The notes under the pieces were generated by a model, which was not told the DNA's origin, did no database searches, and saw only the letters and a list, made by a program, of their open reading frames with translations. From assembly GCF_008629685.1 (NCBI RefSeq), contig NZ_VWSF01000029.1:26687-58686 (forward strand): DNA of 32,000 bases, in the 5' to 3' direction. This stretch comes from Adhaeribacter rhizoryzae. GTDB taxonomy: Bacteria; Bacteroidota; Bacteroidia; Cytophagales; Hymenobacteraceae. Positions 1 through 8,288 of this stretch are shown in pieces. Both the position numbers and the translations under genes were made by a program. Numbering within the stretch: position 1 is the first letter of the stretch; each line of letters begins with the position of its first letter.

Positions 1-1389
1 TGGGACAAAACTTTGGGAGGAGACAGTTATGATTATGCCCCTTCTATTCAACAAACAAATGATGGCGGCTATATCCTGGGAGGTTACAGCTTTTCAGGTA
101 GAAGTGGAGATAAAACGGAGCCTAATATAGGTGATATTGACTATTGGATTATTAAGCTCGATGGAAACGGTAACAAAGAAGGAGATAAAACCATAGGTGG
201 AAATAAAAACGACGTTTTAACTTCTGTTTTACAAACGACGGATGGCGGCTATATTTTAGGTGGGGCATCCGGTTCTAATGCCAGCGGTAATAAAAGCGAA
301 AACAATAAAGGTTATACCGACTTCTGGATTGTAAAGTTGGTTGGAAATATTCAATCCCCAATAATTTGTGATTTAGGCTTAACTACCAAAGTTACCCAGG
401 CCGAACCTTGGTACGGCTTATGGGACTATAACTTTGGGGCAGGCTCCATTGATTTAAAAGTAACCGGGGGAACGGCTCCGTATACTTATCAATGGAATGC
501 CGGGGTAAGCAGCCAGGATATAACGGTTGCCATGCCAGGTCATTATTCGGTTACCGTCACCGATGCCAACGGCTGCAAGGCTACTACGCACGTTTTTGTC
601 GGTAAAAAAGATGATTTCTTGCGCGTACTTTCTTCCCATCAAAATGTTACGGCTCCAGGTCGTAGCGATGGCTCTATTGATTTAACCGTAGTTGGTGGTG
701 TAGTACCGGCTACTTACCGATGGAGCAATGGGGCATGGGTTAATTTTTCTGAGGATTTAACTAATCTCTCAGTCGGCACTTATACAGTAGTAGTTACAGA
801 TGCGTTTGGTCGACAAGCTACCACTACAGTCATCATTTCCGAGCCGGGTAGCCCCCTTTCCCTGGCTATTTCGCACCAAAACGTTTCCACTACCGGTAAG
901 CAGGATGGTGCTGTGGATTTAACAATAATAGGTGGTACCGGCCCCTATACTTACCGCTGGAACACAGGGGCGGTAACAGAAGATTTACATTATGCCACTC
1001 CGGGTTTATACACCGTAATCGTAACTGATGCCACGGGTGCCACGGCTACAGCTTCGATTCAGATAATGGTAGGGCGCTCCCCTGCCCTGCTAGCCCTAAG
1101 AAATGAGGCAGCAGTATGGTTAAAACCTGCTAATAATTTAATTGTTTACCCCAACCCAGCAAATAATAGCGCCACGGTAAACTTTAGCTTAGCTACTCCG
1201 GGTAATTACACTTTAAATATGTTCGACCTTAAGGGATCGAAAATGAAGACCTTAGCCACCGGTAAGATTGAGGCGCATAAAGTTATAGCTGTAGAAGTAG
1301 ATGTGACGGCTTTTTCTAAAGGAATATATCTGCTCCAGCTCCAAACCGAGCAGGGTATTCGCTTTCAACGGTTACTAATTCAACGATAA
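1..1389 (+). CDS. Secreted repeat surface protein, 5'-partial (runs off left edge), with SprB-type repeats and a T9SS C-terminal sorting domain
   Basis: Frame 1 is open from base 1 (track ORF 13..1389). The N-terminal part repeats DGGYILGG...SG.K....G..D.WI.KL. Three copies follow of GSIDL.V.GG..P.TY.W...YTV.VTDA.G (SprB-repeat-like). The C-terminus LIVYPNPANNSATVNFSL...GIYLLQLQTEQG fits the Por/T9SS secretion tail pattern. Confidence 0.85.
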   Translation, partial: WDKTLGGDSYDYAPSIQQTNDGGYILGGYSFSGRSGDKTEPNIGDIDYWIIKLDGNGNKEGDKTIGGNKNDVLTSVLQTTDGGYILGGASGSNASGNKSENNKGYTDFWIVKLVGNIQSPIICDLGLTTKVTQAEPWYGLWDYNFGAGSIDLKVTGGTAPYTYQWNAGVSSQDITVAMPGHYSVTVTDANGCKATTHVFVGKKDDFLRVLSSHQNVTAPGRSDGSIDLTVVGGVVPATYRWSNGAWVNFSEDLTNLSVGTYTVVVTDAFGRQATTTVIISEPGSPLSLAISHQNVSTTGKQDGAVDLTIIGGTGPYTYRWNTGAVTEDLHYATPGLYTVIVTDATGATATASIQIMVGRSPALLALRNEAAVWLKPANNLIVYPNPANNSATVNFSLATPGNYTLNMFDLKGSKMKTLATGKIEAHKVIAVEVDVTAFSKGIYLLQLQTEQGIRFQRLLIQR

Positions 1390-1431
1390 ACCCCAATTCA
1401 CCGGGCCTACTAGAGCAAAAATTCTGTTAAG

Positions 1432-1464
1432 AAAAAGTCCTGTCGCTTGGTACAGGGCTTTTTC
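1432..1464 (+). terminator. Rho-independent terminator after the surface-protein gene
   Basis: aaaaagtcctgt (1432-1443) pairs with acagggcttttt (1452-1463), with one G-T wobble and an 8-nt loop. A T-run follows. It lies 43 nt after the stop codon. Confidence 0.6.
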
Positions 1465-1497
1465 TTAACTGCTGTTAAAGCAACCGAAATAGCCCTT

Positions 1498-1602
1498 TTA
1501 ATAAATGGCAAGGTATATACTTATAATTTCCCTGAATAATACTTTACCTCAGCCCTAATGAGCACGCCTGAAGTTGTAAGAATATACCTTGCCATTTATT
1601 AA
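1498..1602. repeat. 105-bp unit bounded by perfect 21-bp inverted repeats (MITE-like or long hairpin)
   Basis: ttaataaatggcaaggtatat at 1498-1518 is the exact reverse complement of atataccttgccatttattaa at 1582-1602. The spacer is 63 bp and noncoding. Confidence 0.5.
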
Positions 1603-2001
1603 ACATTTCAGTTTTAAGTGTTCCCTCCTCTAAATGTCACCTATATAACAAAACCACCAGTCAGCTTATAAATAACATGATGTAAATCAGCTTATTAACT
1701 GACATCCCTCCTTTAACTTATGGTAATGGTTGATTAAGTTTGTTATCACAATGTCCTGACCGATTTGGCAATATTTGGTTAAATCTGGATTGCACTATAG
1801 AAGATTCCGAATAAAACCGGGAATTAGAAAGTACTACGCTATTACTAGAGAGAGATTAGTGGCGCTATAAGTACATGAAAAGAAGCATACGCTAACCGCT
1901 AAAAATTTAAAGTCTGACAAAAGTTTTTATCTGTATTCTCTGTTGGCAAATCAAAGCCTAGAGTAACTGTATTAAATATCTAAACAAAGAACTATTATAA
2001 A

Positions 2002-2009
2002 GAGGAGGT
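2002..2009 (+). promoter_or_regulatory. Canonical Shine-Dalgarno sequence (GAGGAGGT) 5 nt upstream of the ATG at 2014
   Basis: The sequence reads aaagaggaggtaaaaATG. The upstream regions I checked for other genes (3764, 14517, 21223) show no comparable SD. Confidence 0.5.
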
Positions 2010-2013
2010 AAAA

Positions 2014-2985
2014 ATGAGAGTGATGCTCTTAGGCTGGAATAAGTTATTTACCAACCGGGATAGTACAGCAATATCCTGTATTAATCCGGCAGAAGCTTTG
2101 GCTAAATGGGTAAATGTTTCTTTAATTCTACCGCAATCTGAATGGCGAACAACGCAAAAAAATATTCAAATAACTGGTTTAAACCATATTAGGCTACGAG
2201 CAATTTCAGCTAATAATCCCAAACCTGAAACATTCCCATTTGCTGACCAGAATATTGCCCCGGCAATGATTCCATTATATGGCACCCCAGTTTATACCGG
2301 GCAGGGAATTGACCAAATCAGGCAAAAATTTTCCGGGGAAGCGATTACAACCGGTACGTTTACGGAGGAAACCAACCTAAATAGCCCAGAACAGGGAACA
2401 AAACTAAATTTATTTAATCCTGAGCAGTTTAATCAACTAAGCCTGTCCTCCCAGATTATTCAGTATGCCCGCTATGCCAGCCATTACGCTTCCCAAAGTA
2501 GCTTTGATTTAATTTATGCCTATGATTTACCTGCTTTCCTGGCGGGCACGGAACTTAAGCTACGTACCGGCAAAAAATTAGTGGTGCAGGTTTCTGGTTT
2601 GAGTTATATGCCAGCCAGTCACAAAAACGAGGGTTGGCTCTATGAAATAGAAAAATATACGCTTGAAAAAGCAGAAGTTGTTATTTCTGAAAGTAAAATT
2701 GTTAGGGCTGCGCTGATAGAAAAATATGATTTAAACCAGAAAAAGATAATTACCCTCGAAACAAAAGTTACAAAAACGACTACAGAAAAGACTGGCAATT
2801 CGCCAGCTTCAACTCCGGGAAACAATGAAATCGAGCCTGCAACTATTTATAAACAAGATTTCTTAAACCAGGTAACGGGTGAAATTCTGGAAACATTGCT
2901 TTCTTTAAATATTACCGAACAGCCTGAGGAAGTAAAAAAAGAAAAGTCTGAATCGGAAAGTATTTTGGTTTATAACTTAGCTTAA
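2014..2985 (+). CDS. Hypothetical protein with a weak resemblance to a glycosyltransferase family 4 N-terminal half and an acidic/lysine-rich tail
   Basis: 323-aa ORF with a strong SD. The N-terminus MRVMLLGWNKLF... loosely recalls GT4/glycogen-synthase-like N-termini. I saw no recognisable C-terminal catalytic half. Confidence 0.5.
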   Translation: MRVMLLGWNKLFTNRDSTAISCINPAEALAKWVNVSLILPQSEWRTTQKNIQITGLNHIRLRAISANNPKPETFPFADQNIAPAMIPLYGTPVYTGQGIDQIRQKFSGEAITTGTFTEETNLNSPEQGTKLNLFNPEQFNQLSLSSQIIQYARYASHYASQSSFDLIYAYDLPAFLAGTELKLRTGKKLVVQVSGLSYMPASHKNEGWLYEIEKYTLEKAEVVISESKIVRAALIEKYDLNQKKIITLETKVTKTTTEKTGNSPASTPGNNEIEPATIYKQDFLNQVTGEILETLLSLNITEQPEEVKKEKSESESILVYNLA

Positions 2986-3236
2986 TAATTACTGTACTTG
3001 ATGCAATCATTGGCATTTACCCCAAGAAAAGCGCTGCTTTCAATAATGCTAATAGGAAGATAAAAATATCAAAATATCCCCCTGCAACCATGATTCTTTT
3101 TAGTGGTTCGAAAAGCGTTTGATTAGTTTAGGGCCGCTCTGTCTTGTTGTCAGACTAATAGGTGTGGTTACTAAAATTATTACGCTTCGCTTTAATCGTT
3201 AGCACTTCATTTTGTTCTTTTCAATCAATAAATACC

Positions 3237-3734
3237 ATGCAAAAGCGTAAAATCATCTGGGTAATGGTAGCGGCTATTCTTTGGTGCTGGGCCGCCCTGG
3301 TAGCAGGTGAAATTTTTCCCAAAGTACCACTCCTTTTTGACTCCCCAGCTGGTAATAACATGGTTGGCCTTTCTGCTCTGTTTGAGTTATTTTTACTGGG
3401 AGCACTGGCGTTATTCCTTTTAATATTTAATCCCTCCCGCAATGTATGGCTGCTGACTTTATTCGTAGGAGTACTGCTTCTCCTCAAAGGTGTTTGGCTT
3501 GCCCCTTTGCTTCTTAGTTCTTTGGAGTGGGAATATCCGCCCCTTTCTTATCTACCTGCTATTTATGCATTTACCGAACTAATTAAGTTTGTTTTATTGC
3601 TTTTAACCAGTTTCTGGATCTATACCGAAATTACCACTATCACCCGGGTAGAAGAAAGATATCAACTTTTCATTTCTACCCGCAACGCTATAAGAAACCA
3701 TTTGTCTCCGGACCATAAGTTAAATGATAAGTAA
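3237..3734 (+). CDS. Hypothetical integral membrane protein (about 4 TM)
   Basis: The track ORF 3162..3734 begins at a GTG. The ATG at 3237 (MQKRKIIWVMVAAILW...) gives a typical positively charged N-terminus followed by hydrophobic helices. Confidence 0.6.
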   Translation: MQKRKIIWVMVAAILWCWAALVAGEIFPKVPLLFDSPAGNNMVGLSALFELFLLGALALFLLIFNPSRNVWLLTLFVGVLLLLKGVWLAPLLLSSLEWEYPPLSYLPAIYAFTELIKFVLLLLTSFWIYTEITTITRVEERYQLFISTRNAIRNHLSPDHKLNDK

Positions 3735-3763
3735 TCTTTGCTACTAAAACTAGTTAACTCGCC

Positions 3764-4300
3764 ATGAAAAACTTAATTGTTTTTTATTCCTTTTCCGGTA
3801 ATAACCGGTTACTGGCCCAGCACCTGCAAAAAATGCTGGATGCGGACCTGCGGGAAATTGTAGAGCCAAGCCCAAGGACCGGCTTTCGCATTTTGTTGGA
3901 TGTACTTTTCAGAAGAACGCCCAAAATAATAGCTCCGGTTATAGATTGGCAGCAATACAATCATGTGTTCCTGATAGCTCCAATCTGGGCCGGCCGGATC
4001 GCCACCCCCCTTAAAGCCTTTCTCCGGCTGAGCAAGCAGCACCTGCTACATTATTCATTTATTTCTTTGTGTGGTTCTGGTCATAATAAAAAGCTCAGAA
4101 AAGAACTAACCCAATTAACTGGAATGGAACCGGAATTCATATTGGAATTATTGGTAAATGATTTACTGCCGCCGGAAAAGAAAAATAAAATAAAATATAC
4201 CTCAGGATATAAAGTACAACCTACCGATTTAAAATTTTTCGACGCTGCTCTGGACAAACAACTACCTGCTTCCCGGCAGTTAATGGTGCCTAAAAGGTAA
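3764..4300 (+). CDS. Flavodoxin-like fold protein
   Basis: The N-terminus MKNLIVFYSFSGNNRLLA matches the flavodoxin-type phosphate-binding start (short beta strand, then S.SGN). Size is 178 aa. Confidence 0.65.
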   Translation: MKNLIVFYSFSGNNRLLAQHLQKMLDADLREIVEPSPRTGFRILLDVLFRRTPKIIAPVIDWQQYNHVFLIAPIWAGRIATPLKAFLRLSKQHLLHYSFISLCGSGHNKKLRKELTQLTGMEPEFILELLVNDLLPPEKKNKIKYTSGYKVQPTDLKFFDAALDKQLPASRQLMVPKR

Positions 4301-4346
4301 TCTGCAACAAGTTCAAAAAGTTCAGCTATAAAAGTAATAACCAGGC

Positions 4347-4790
4347 TTATAATTTTTTTCCTATACCTCTGCTTTGTTTCACTTTTAAACCCAGGCTTAA
4401 ACCATAACTGCCAGGCTGGTAGATCGGAGCCAGCAAAATTTTTTCTTTTTTGAACTGGGACAAGTTAATATTTTCGCGCAACCAGGGGTAAACCTGTATT
4501 CAGAATATAGTTGTTACCTTTTTACCTGCAAGCCATAATCTAAGCCTAACGCTTAAAATGGCGCAAAAATCAGGTAATCATATACTGCAGTATGAAAATT
4601 GGGAAATTGCTGCAAATTTCGCTGGGCATCGTAGCTGCTGTAAATACAGTTGTTCTTAATAGTGGTTAAACCATTGGTAATTTATACCGCCGGAATAATC
4701 GTAGCCCGAAATATATTGGCCCGCAAAAATGGCCTTTTAGTCGTATCTCCGGTTACGAGATTTTCATATTCTTTCTGTTGTTTTATTGTA
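4347..4790 (-). pseudogene. Decayed remnant of an outer-membrane beta-barrel-type gene (multiple frameshifts and stops)
   Basis: The minus-strand translation yields disconnected fragments in different frames: ITNGLTTIKNNCIYSSYDAQRNLQQFPNFHTAVYDYLIFAPF*, ALGLDYGLQVKR*, VYPWLRENINLSQFKKEKILLAPIYQPGSYGLSLGLKVK. These have the alternating aromatic/Gly character of barrel strands. No intact ORF of 60 aa or more exists here. Confidence 0.3.
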
Positions 4791-4849
4791 CCGGCTGGGT
4801 CTTTTGTTGGTAAACTCCTGAAATAGCTTTACACTTTAAGTATAAAGTT

Positions 4850-5227
4850 ATGAATAATAGGAATTTAAAAGAAACTGTAAAAAGGAATTATCCGTCTGCA
4901 AAGAAAAGAAAAATTGTCGAAGAACTTCGTTCCGGCATGCTGACTATCCGGCAAAGCACCAAGCAATACCAGGTGTCGGTATCTAACTTACAAGATTGGA
5001 GCCGCTGGTACTATAAAACTAGATTGTTAAAATATTTTAGACCAAAACCATCTTTGCTTATGGAGCCCACCCTTAATCAACTAAAGCAGCAATTAGCCGC
5101 TGCCCAAGCACAATTAGCGCAGGAAAAATTAAAGACGACCGCTTTAGAAACTATGATTTCGGTGGCTGAAAAACAATTAAATATAGAAATCAGAAAAAAG
5201 TATGGTTCCAAGCAGTCCAGCAGTTAA
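4850..5227 (+). CDS. IS3-family transposase OrfA (HTH plus leucine-zipper-like coiled coil)
   Basis: 125 aa. A helix-turn-helix region (IRQSTKQYQVSVSNLQDWSRWY) is followed by a coiled coil (LNQLKQQLAAAQAQLAQEKLK). The slippery site lies near the 3' end. Confidence 0.75.
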   Translation: MNNRNLKETVKRNYPSAKKRKIVEELRSGMLTIRQSTKQYQVSVSNLQDWSRWYYKTRLLKYFRPKPSLLMEPTLNQLKQQLAAAQAQLAQEKLKTTALETMISVAEKQLNIEIRKKYGSKQSSS

Positions 5228-5235
5228 ACCTACAA

Positions 5236-5775
5236 TTGCCCGTTAGCCGTCCCAACCAGCTATGGGTAAGCGATATTACCTATATCAGAACGGGGAATGA
5301 TTTTAGCTATTTAAGTTTAATCACGGACGCTTATTCCCATAAAATTGTAGGTTGGGCGGTAAGGGAAACATTGCATACCACAGGACCTTTAACCGCCTTG
5401 CAAATGGCCGTTAAGACTTTACAAAAGGGAAAAGAAAGCCTGATTCATCATTCTGACCGCGGCTTACAGTACTGCTGTCAGGATTATATTAAGTTGCTCT
5501 CCTCCCATACTATTCAAATCAGTATGACCAATCAGGGAGACCCGGGAGAAAATTCCATTGCCGAACGCATTAACAGGACCATTAAAGAAGAATTCCATTG
5601 CCAGGCCTTTCTTACTTTTGAATAGGCCCAAGCTGCTATAGCCAAGACGATACAAGCTTACAACAATCTACGCCCCCACGCCTCCTGTGATTACCTAACT
5701 CCCAGCCAGGCACACCAGCAGGAAATTCCGCTAAAAAAGCGGTGGCGAAAATATGAAAGAAAAAACTACCAATAA
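5236..5775 (+). pseudogene. IS3-family transposase OrfB (rve/DDE domain), N-terminally deleted and interrupted by an in-frame TAG
   Basis: The motifs WVSDITYI, HSDRGLQY and NSIAERINRTIKEE (D, D, E) are present. An in-frame TAG sits at 5623-5625, after which the same frame continues AQAAIAKTIQAYNNLRPHASCDYLTPSQAH...* to 5775. Only about 15 codons separate the slippery site from the WVSDITYI motif, where I would expect several-fold more from memory of intact IS3 OrfB proteins. Confidence 0.8.
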
Positions 5776-5947
5776 GGACTAGTTAGTAGATAAATCAAAT
5801 AGAACTTTAACCGTATAACCTGTAAAGTATTTTCAGGAACCTACCTACTTGCAGATTCCGGAAAAAACCTTTTCAAACTTGGAGTAGTATTTGGTAGTTT
5901 TATTTAACTGGTTCAATTTGGTTTGAGTAACAGTTGGAAAAAAGTGT

Positions 5948-6433
5948 CTACGATTTGGACGGGACTGAAATGGTTAAAAGAGACAAATCTCCTGCTTCAT
6001 TGTTGTTGCGAATATAAGCTTGCCCGTTTTGTACATCCTGAACCAAGTCCTGGATGGTTTTGGTGGAGAATAATGCAGCCAAGCCATCGCGGTATTTCTT
6101 GAAATCGTTGTGTAACGGGCACGGATGTGAATCGGAGCATTGTTTTAAACCTAAACCACATTTTTTAAAAGCTTCTACTCCATCAATTACCCGCACAACA
6201 TCCATAATAGTAATTTCACTGGCGGTACGGCTCAGGTAAAAACCGCCATTCGGGCCTTTTACCGAAGAGATAATGCTTTTGCGTACTAAATCCTGCAATA
6301 TTTTGCCAATAAAATGAAGCGGTAGTTCCAGTTCTTTTGCAATTTCTTTAATGCCTATCTTTTTCCCTTCGGCAGCCTGCATAGCTACGTAAACAATGGA
6401 GCGCAAAGCATATTCTGAAGTTTTAGTTAACAT
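5948..6433 (-). CDS. Rrf2-family transcriptional regulator (NsrR/IscR-like, three-Cys cluster motif)
   Basis: The N-terminus MLTKTSEYALRSIVYVA and a winged-helix region match Rrf2. The motif CGLGLKQCSDSHPCPLH supplies three Cys spaced as in Fe-S-binding Rrf2 members. Confidence 0.85.
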   Translation of the reverse strand: MLTKTSEYALRSIVYVAMQAAEGKKIGIKEIAKELELPLHFIGKILQDLVRKSIISSVKGPNGGFYLSRTASEITIMDVVRVIDGVEAFKKCGLGLKQCSDSHPCPLHNDFKKYRDGLAALFSTKTIQDLVQDVQNGQAYIRNNNEAGDLSLLTISVPSKS

Positions 6434-6634
6434 ATAATTTCCAAGAACGCAATTTGTGTTTTTAGTTTAAAAATACTTCGGTAGTAATAAGCAAGTGTAA
6501 TCGGTTCGGATTAACCTTTTCTTTACTCCTAACCTACTGCCGGTAAAAAGTATCTTTTAAGCAATGGTAAGTATACTGGCAAATAATTAATCTGGTCGTG
6601 TTTTTATGAATTTTAAATATAAATAGCTCTGTTG

Positions 6635-7000
6635 CTAAAAAAAGTGGTCCCACAAGCTGCCGCCGTGATCGCGGTTTTGGGATTGGTAGCCGCCATTTAG
6701 TTGAGCTTGTCCGGCTTCTGAAATCATGTCGGAATCCCACATGGGTATCCACACCAGTTCTACTATTATTTTATAACCGGGGTAATTTTTTTCTAAAACA
6801 TTGGTTACAGCATTGGTAATCATCTGTCCCATGGGGCAACCTGGCGAAGTTAAAGTCATGTTAATGGTTATGGTTTTATCTTCCGATAATGCCACTTCGT
6901 AAACCAAACCTAAATCCACAATATTTAACCCAATTTCCGGGTCAATTACTTCTTTTAGTACTTCGAAAATATTTGCGCCAAAATTACTTTCCGTTGTCAT
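6635..7000 (-). CDS. DUF59/MIP18-family Fe-S cluster assembly protein
   Basis: The motifs VLKEVIDPEIGLNIVDLGLVY and MTLTSPGCPMG are the hallmark DUF59 motifs. Size is 121 aa. Confidence 0.8.
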   Translation of the reverse strand: MTTESNFGANIFEVLKEVIDPEIGLNIVDLGLVYEVALSEDKTITINMTLTSPGCPMGQMITNAVTNVLEKNYPGYKIIVELVWIPMWDSDMISEAGQAQLNGGYQSQNRDHGGSLWDHFF

Positions 7001-7013
7001 TTTGATTTTCTTT

Positions 7014-8288
7014 TTAATTAGTTTTCAGGCCTTTACTTAAAAGCTTAAATACATTAATATTATAAATAAGAGCAGTGAGCAGAAAAAGACCACTACCGGC
7101 TTTTAAAAGAACTGGTTGAACCCAGGCCACGCCGATTAATAAGGTTACTAATCCTAAAAAATAGCTGATATTTTGCCAGCGCACCCAGCTTTCGCGGTAC
7201 AAATCTTTGGGCTGCGGCACTGCCTGCTTCCCTACCAGATGCTGGTACCTGTGCATCCACACAATAAAAGGTAAAGTCTTGTATGTCTGGCCTAATATTA
7301 AAGCCGAGATAAAGCCGAGGAAAATGGAAATACCATAGGCCAGGTACCATTGTAAACGCGTTTTTTCGGGCATAGGCGCCTGCTCACTTACGGCTACTAC
7401 CAGCACTATCGGTAGCACCATTAGAGCTACCGCTACTAGTGATTGCTGCATACCCGCATCTACTTTTTTGCGAACCCGGTGGCGGTAAGCTTGTACTACG
7501 AAACAGCCAAATAATAGCATACCTGCTCCCACGGCCAAGGCATAAATTGTTTGGTAAGGCGTATGCAGAAACAAATGGTCGACGCTGAACAGCAATAAAC
7601 CCAGGTTAATCAGGTAATAGCTCCCGGAAAGTAATTTGGTTGGCAGCTTGTGCGTCAGCAGAAACATGGGCAATAATTTGGAACCTACGCCAATAATCAG
7701 CAACAAAAACCAGCCGGCCATGCCTACGTGCGCGTGTAGTTTTAAGTAATGCAGGTGCGATTCTTTCAGAAACGGATAAGAAAAGTTAAAGGCCATCAGC
7801 AACCCAATAACACCGGTTGTGAGTAACCAAATGCCCGAGGTGAAGATAAAATCGGCTTCTATGGTCCAGTTTTTGGTTTGCCGGGTAGTCAAAAACAAAT
7901 TCAGGTTGAAAAGCAAAAAAGAAATAACCAAAAAACAGGAAGCCATGTATAATGGCAGCCCAACCGAAAAAGTCCAGAAGGCATATGCCAGCATTAAGGT
8001 ACCGACGGCTAAAAACCCAAAGGTGAACAAAGCTAACTTGGCGCTGAACAAGGGCACTTGCAAAATAACCGGCAGCAACTGATACAACGACCCGAAAATA
8101 ATCATGGTGGCCCACCCCAAAACAGCCACGTGGGTGAGGGTTAGAAGCTTGGGATGGAAATAATGCCCCACCAAGGCATCTTCAGAAAAAAGCAATAAAA
8201 TACCCAGAGCTAAAAAGGAAAGTGCGGCAAAGGCAAAGTGCGGCAGTACCACTGATTTAGGAGCAGGTTTAGCAGTTATGAAGTTCAT
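7014..8288 (-). CDS. 12-TM membrane protein with an internal three-fold repeat; distantly heme-copper-oxidase-subunit-I-like (tentative)
   Basis: The ORF is open to 8354, but the ATG at 8288 (MNFITAKPAPKS) cuts the overlap with the upstream gene from 86 nt to 20 nt. There are about 12 hydrophobic helices. TM2, TM6 and TM10 share the motif (T/A)HV...GW......G....LLP. Confidence 0.8.
   Translation of the reverse strand: MNFITAKPAPKSVVLPHFAFAALSFLALGILLLFSEDALVGHYFHPKLLTLTHVAVLGWATMIIFGSLYQLLPVILQVPLFSAKLALFTFGFLAVGTLMLAYAFWTFSVGLPLYMASCFLVISFLLFNLNLFLTTRQTKNWTIEADFIFTSGIWLLTTGVIGLLMAFNFSYPFLKESHLHYLKLHAHVGMAGWFLLLIIGVGSKLLPMFLLTHKLPTKLLSGSYYLINLGLLLFSVDHLFLHTPYQTIYALAVGAGMLLFGCFVVQAYRHRVRKKVDAGMQQSLVAVALMVLPIVLVVAVSEQAPMPEKTRLQWYLAYGISIFLGFISALILGQTYKTLPFIVWMHRYQHLVGKQAVPQPKDLYRESWVRWQNISYFLGLVTLLIGVAWVQPVLLKAGSGLFLLTALIYNINVFKLLSKGLKTN

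Larger units (their letters stand above)
4816..5838 (+). mobile_element. IS3-family insertion sequence remnant (internally deleted, about 1.0 kb)
   Basis: Imperfect terminal inverted repeats: tcctgaaatagctttaca (4816-) versus the reverse complement of 5820-5838, tcctgaaaatactttacag. It contains an HTH OrfA, the slippery heptamer A-AAA-AAG (5194-5200), and a DDE/rve OrfB in the -1 frame. Confidence 0.75.

Noticed and set aside
6534-6752. 72-aa minus-strand ORF overlapping the 3' end of the DUF59 gene
   Set aside because: It is out of frame with a motif-supported gene. Its Arg/Ser-rich sequence has no recognisable features.
7093-8115. ORFs 7093..7350(-), 7786..8115(-) and 7819..8082(+) overlapping the 12-TM protein gene
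   Set aside because: These are alternate-frame or antisense ORFs inside a gene with a clear TM-helix reading frame. They have no independent start context or motifs.
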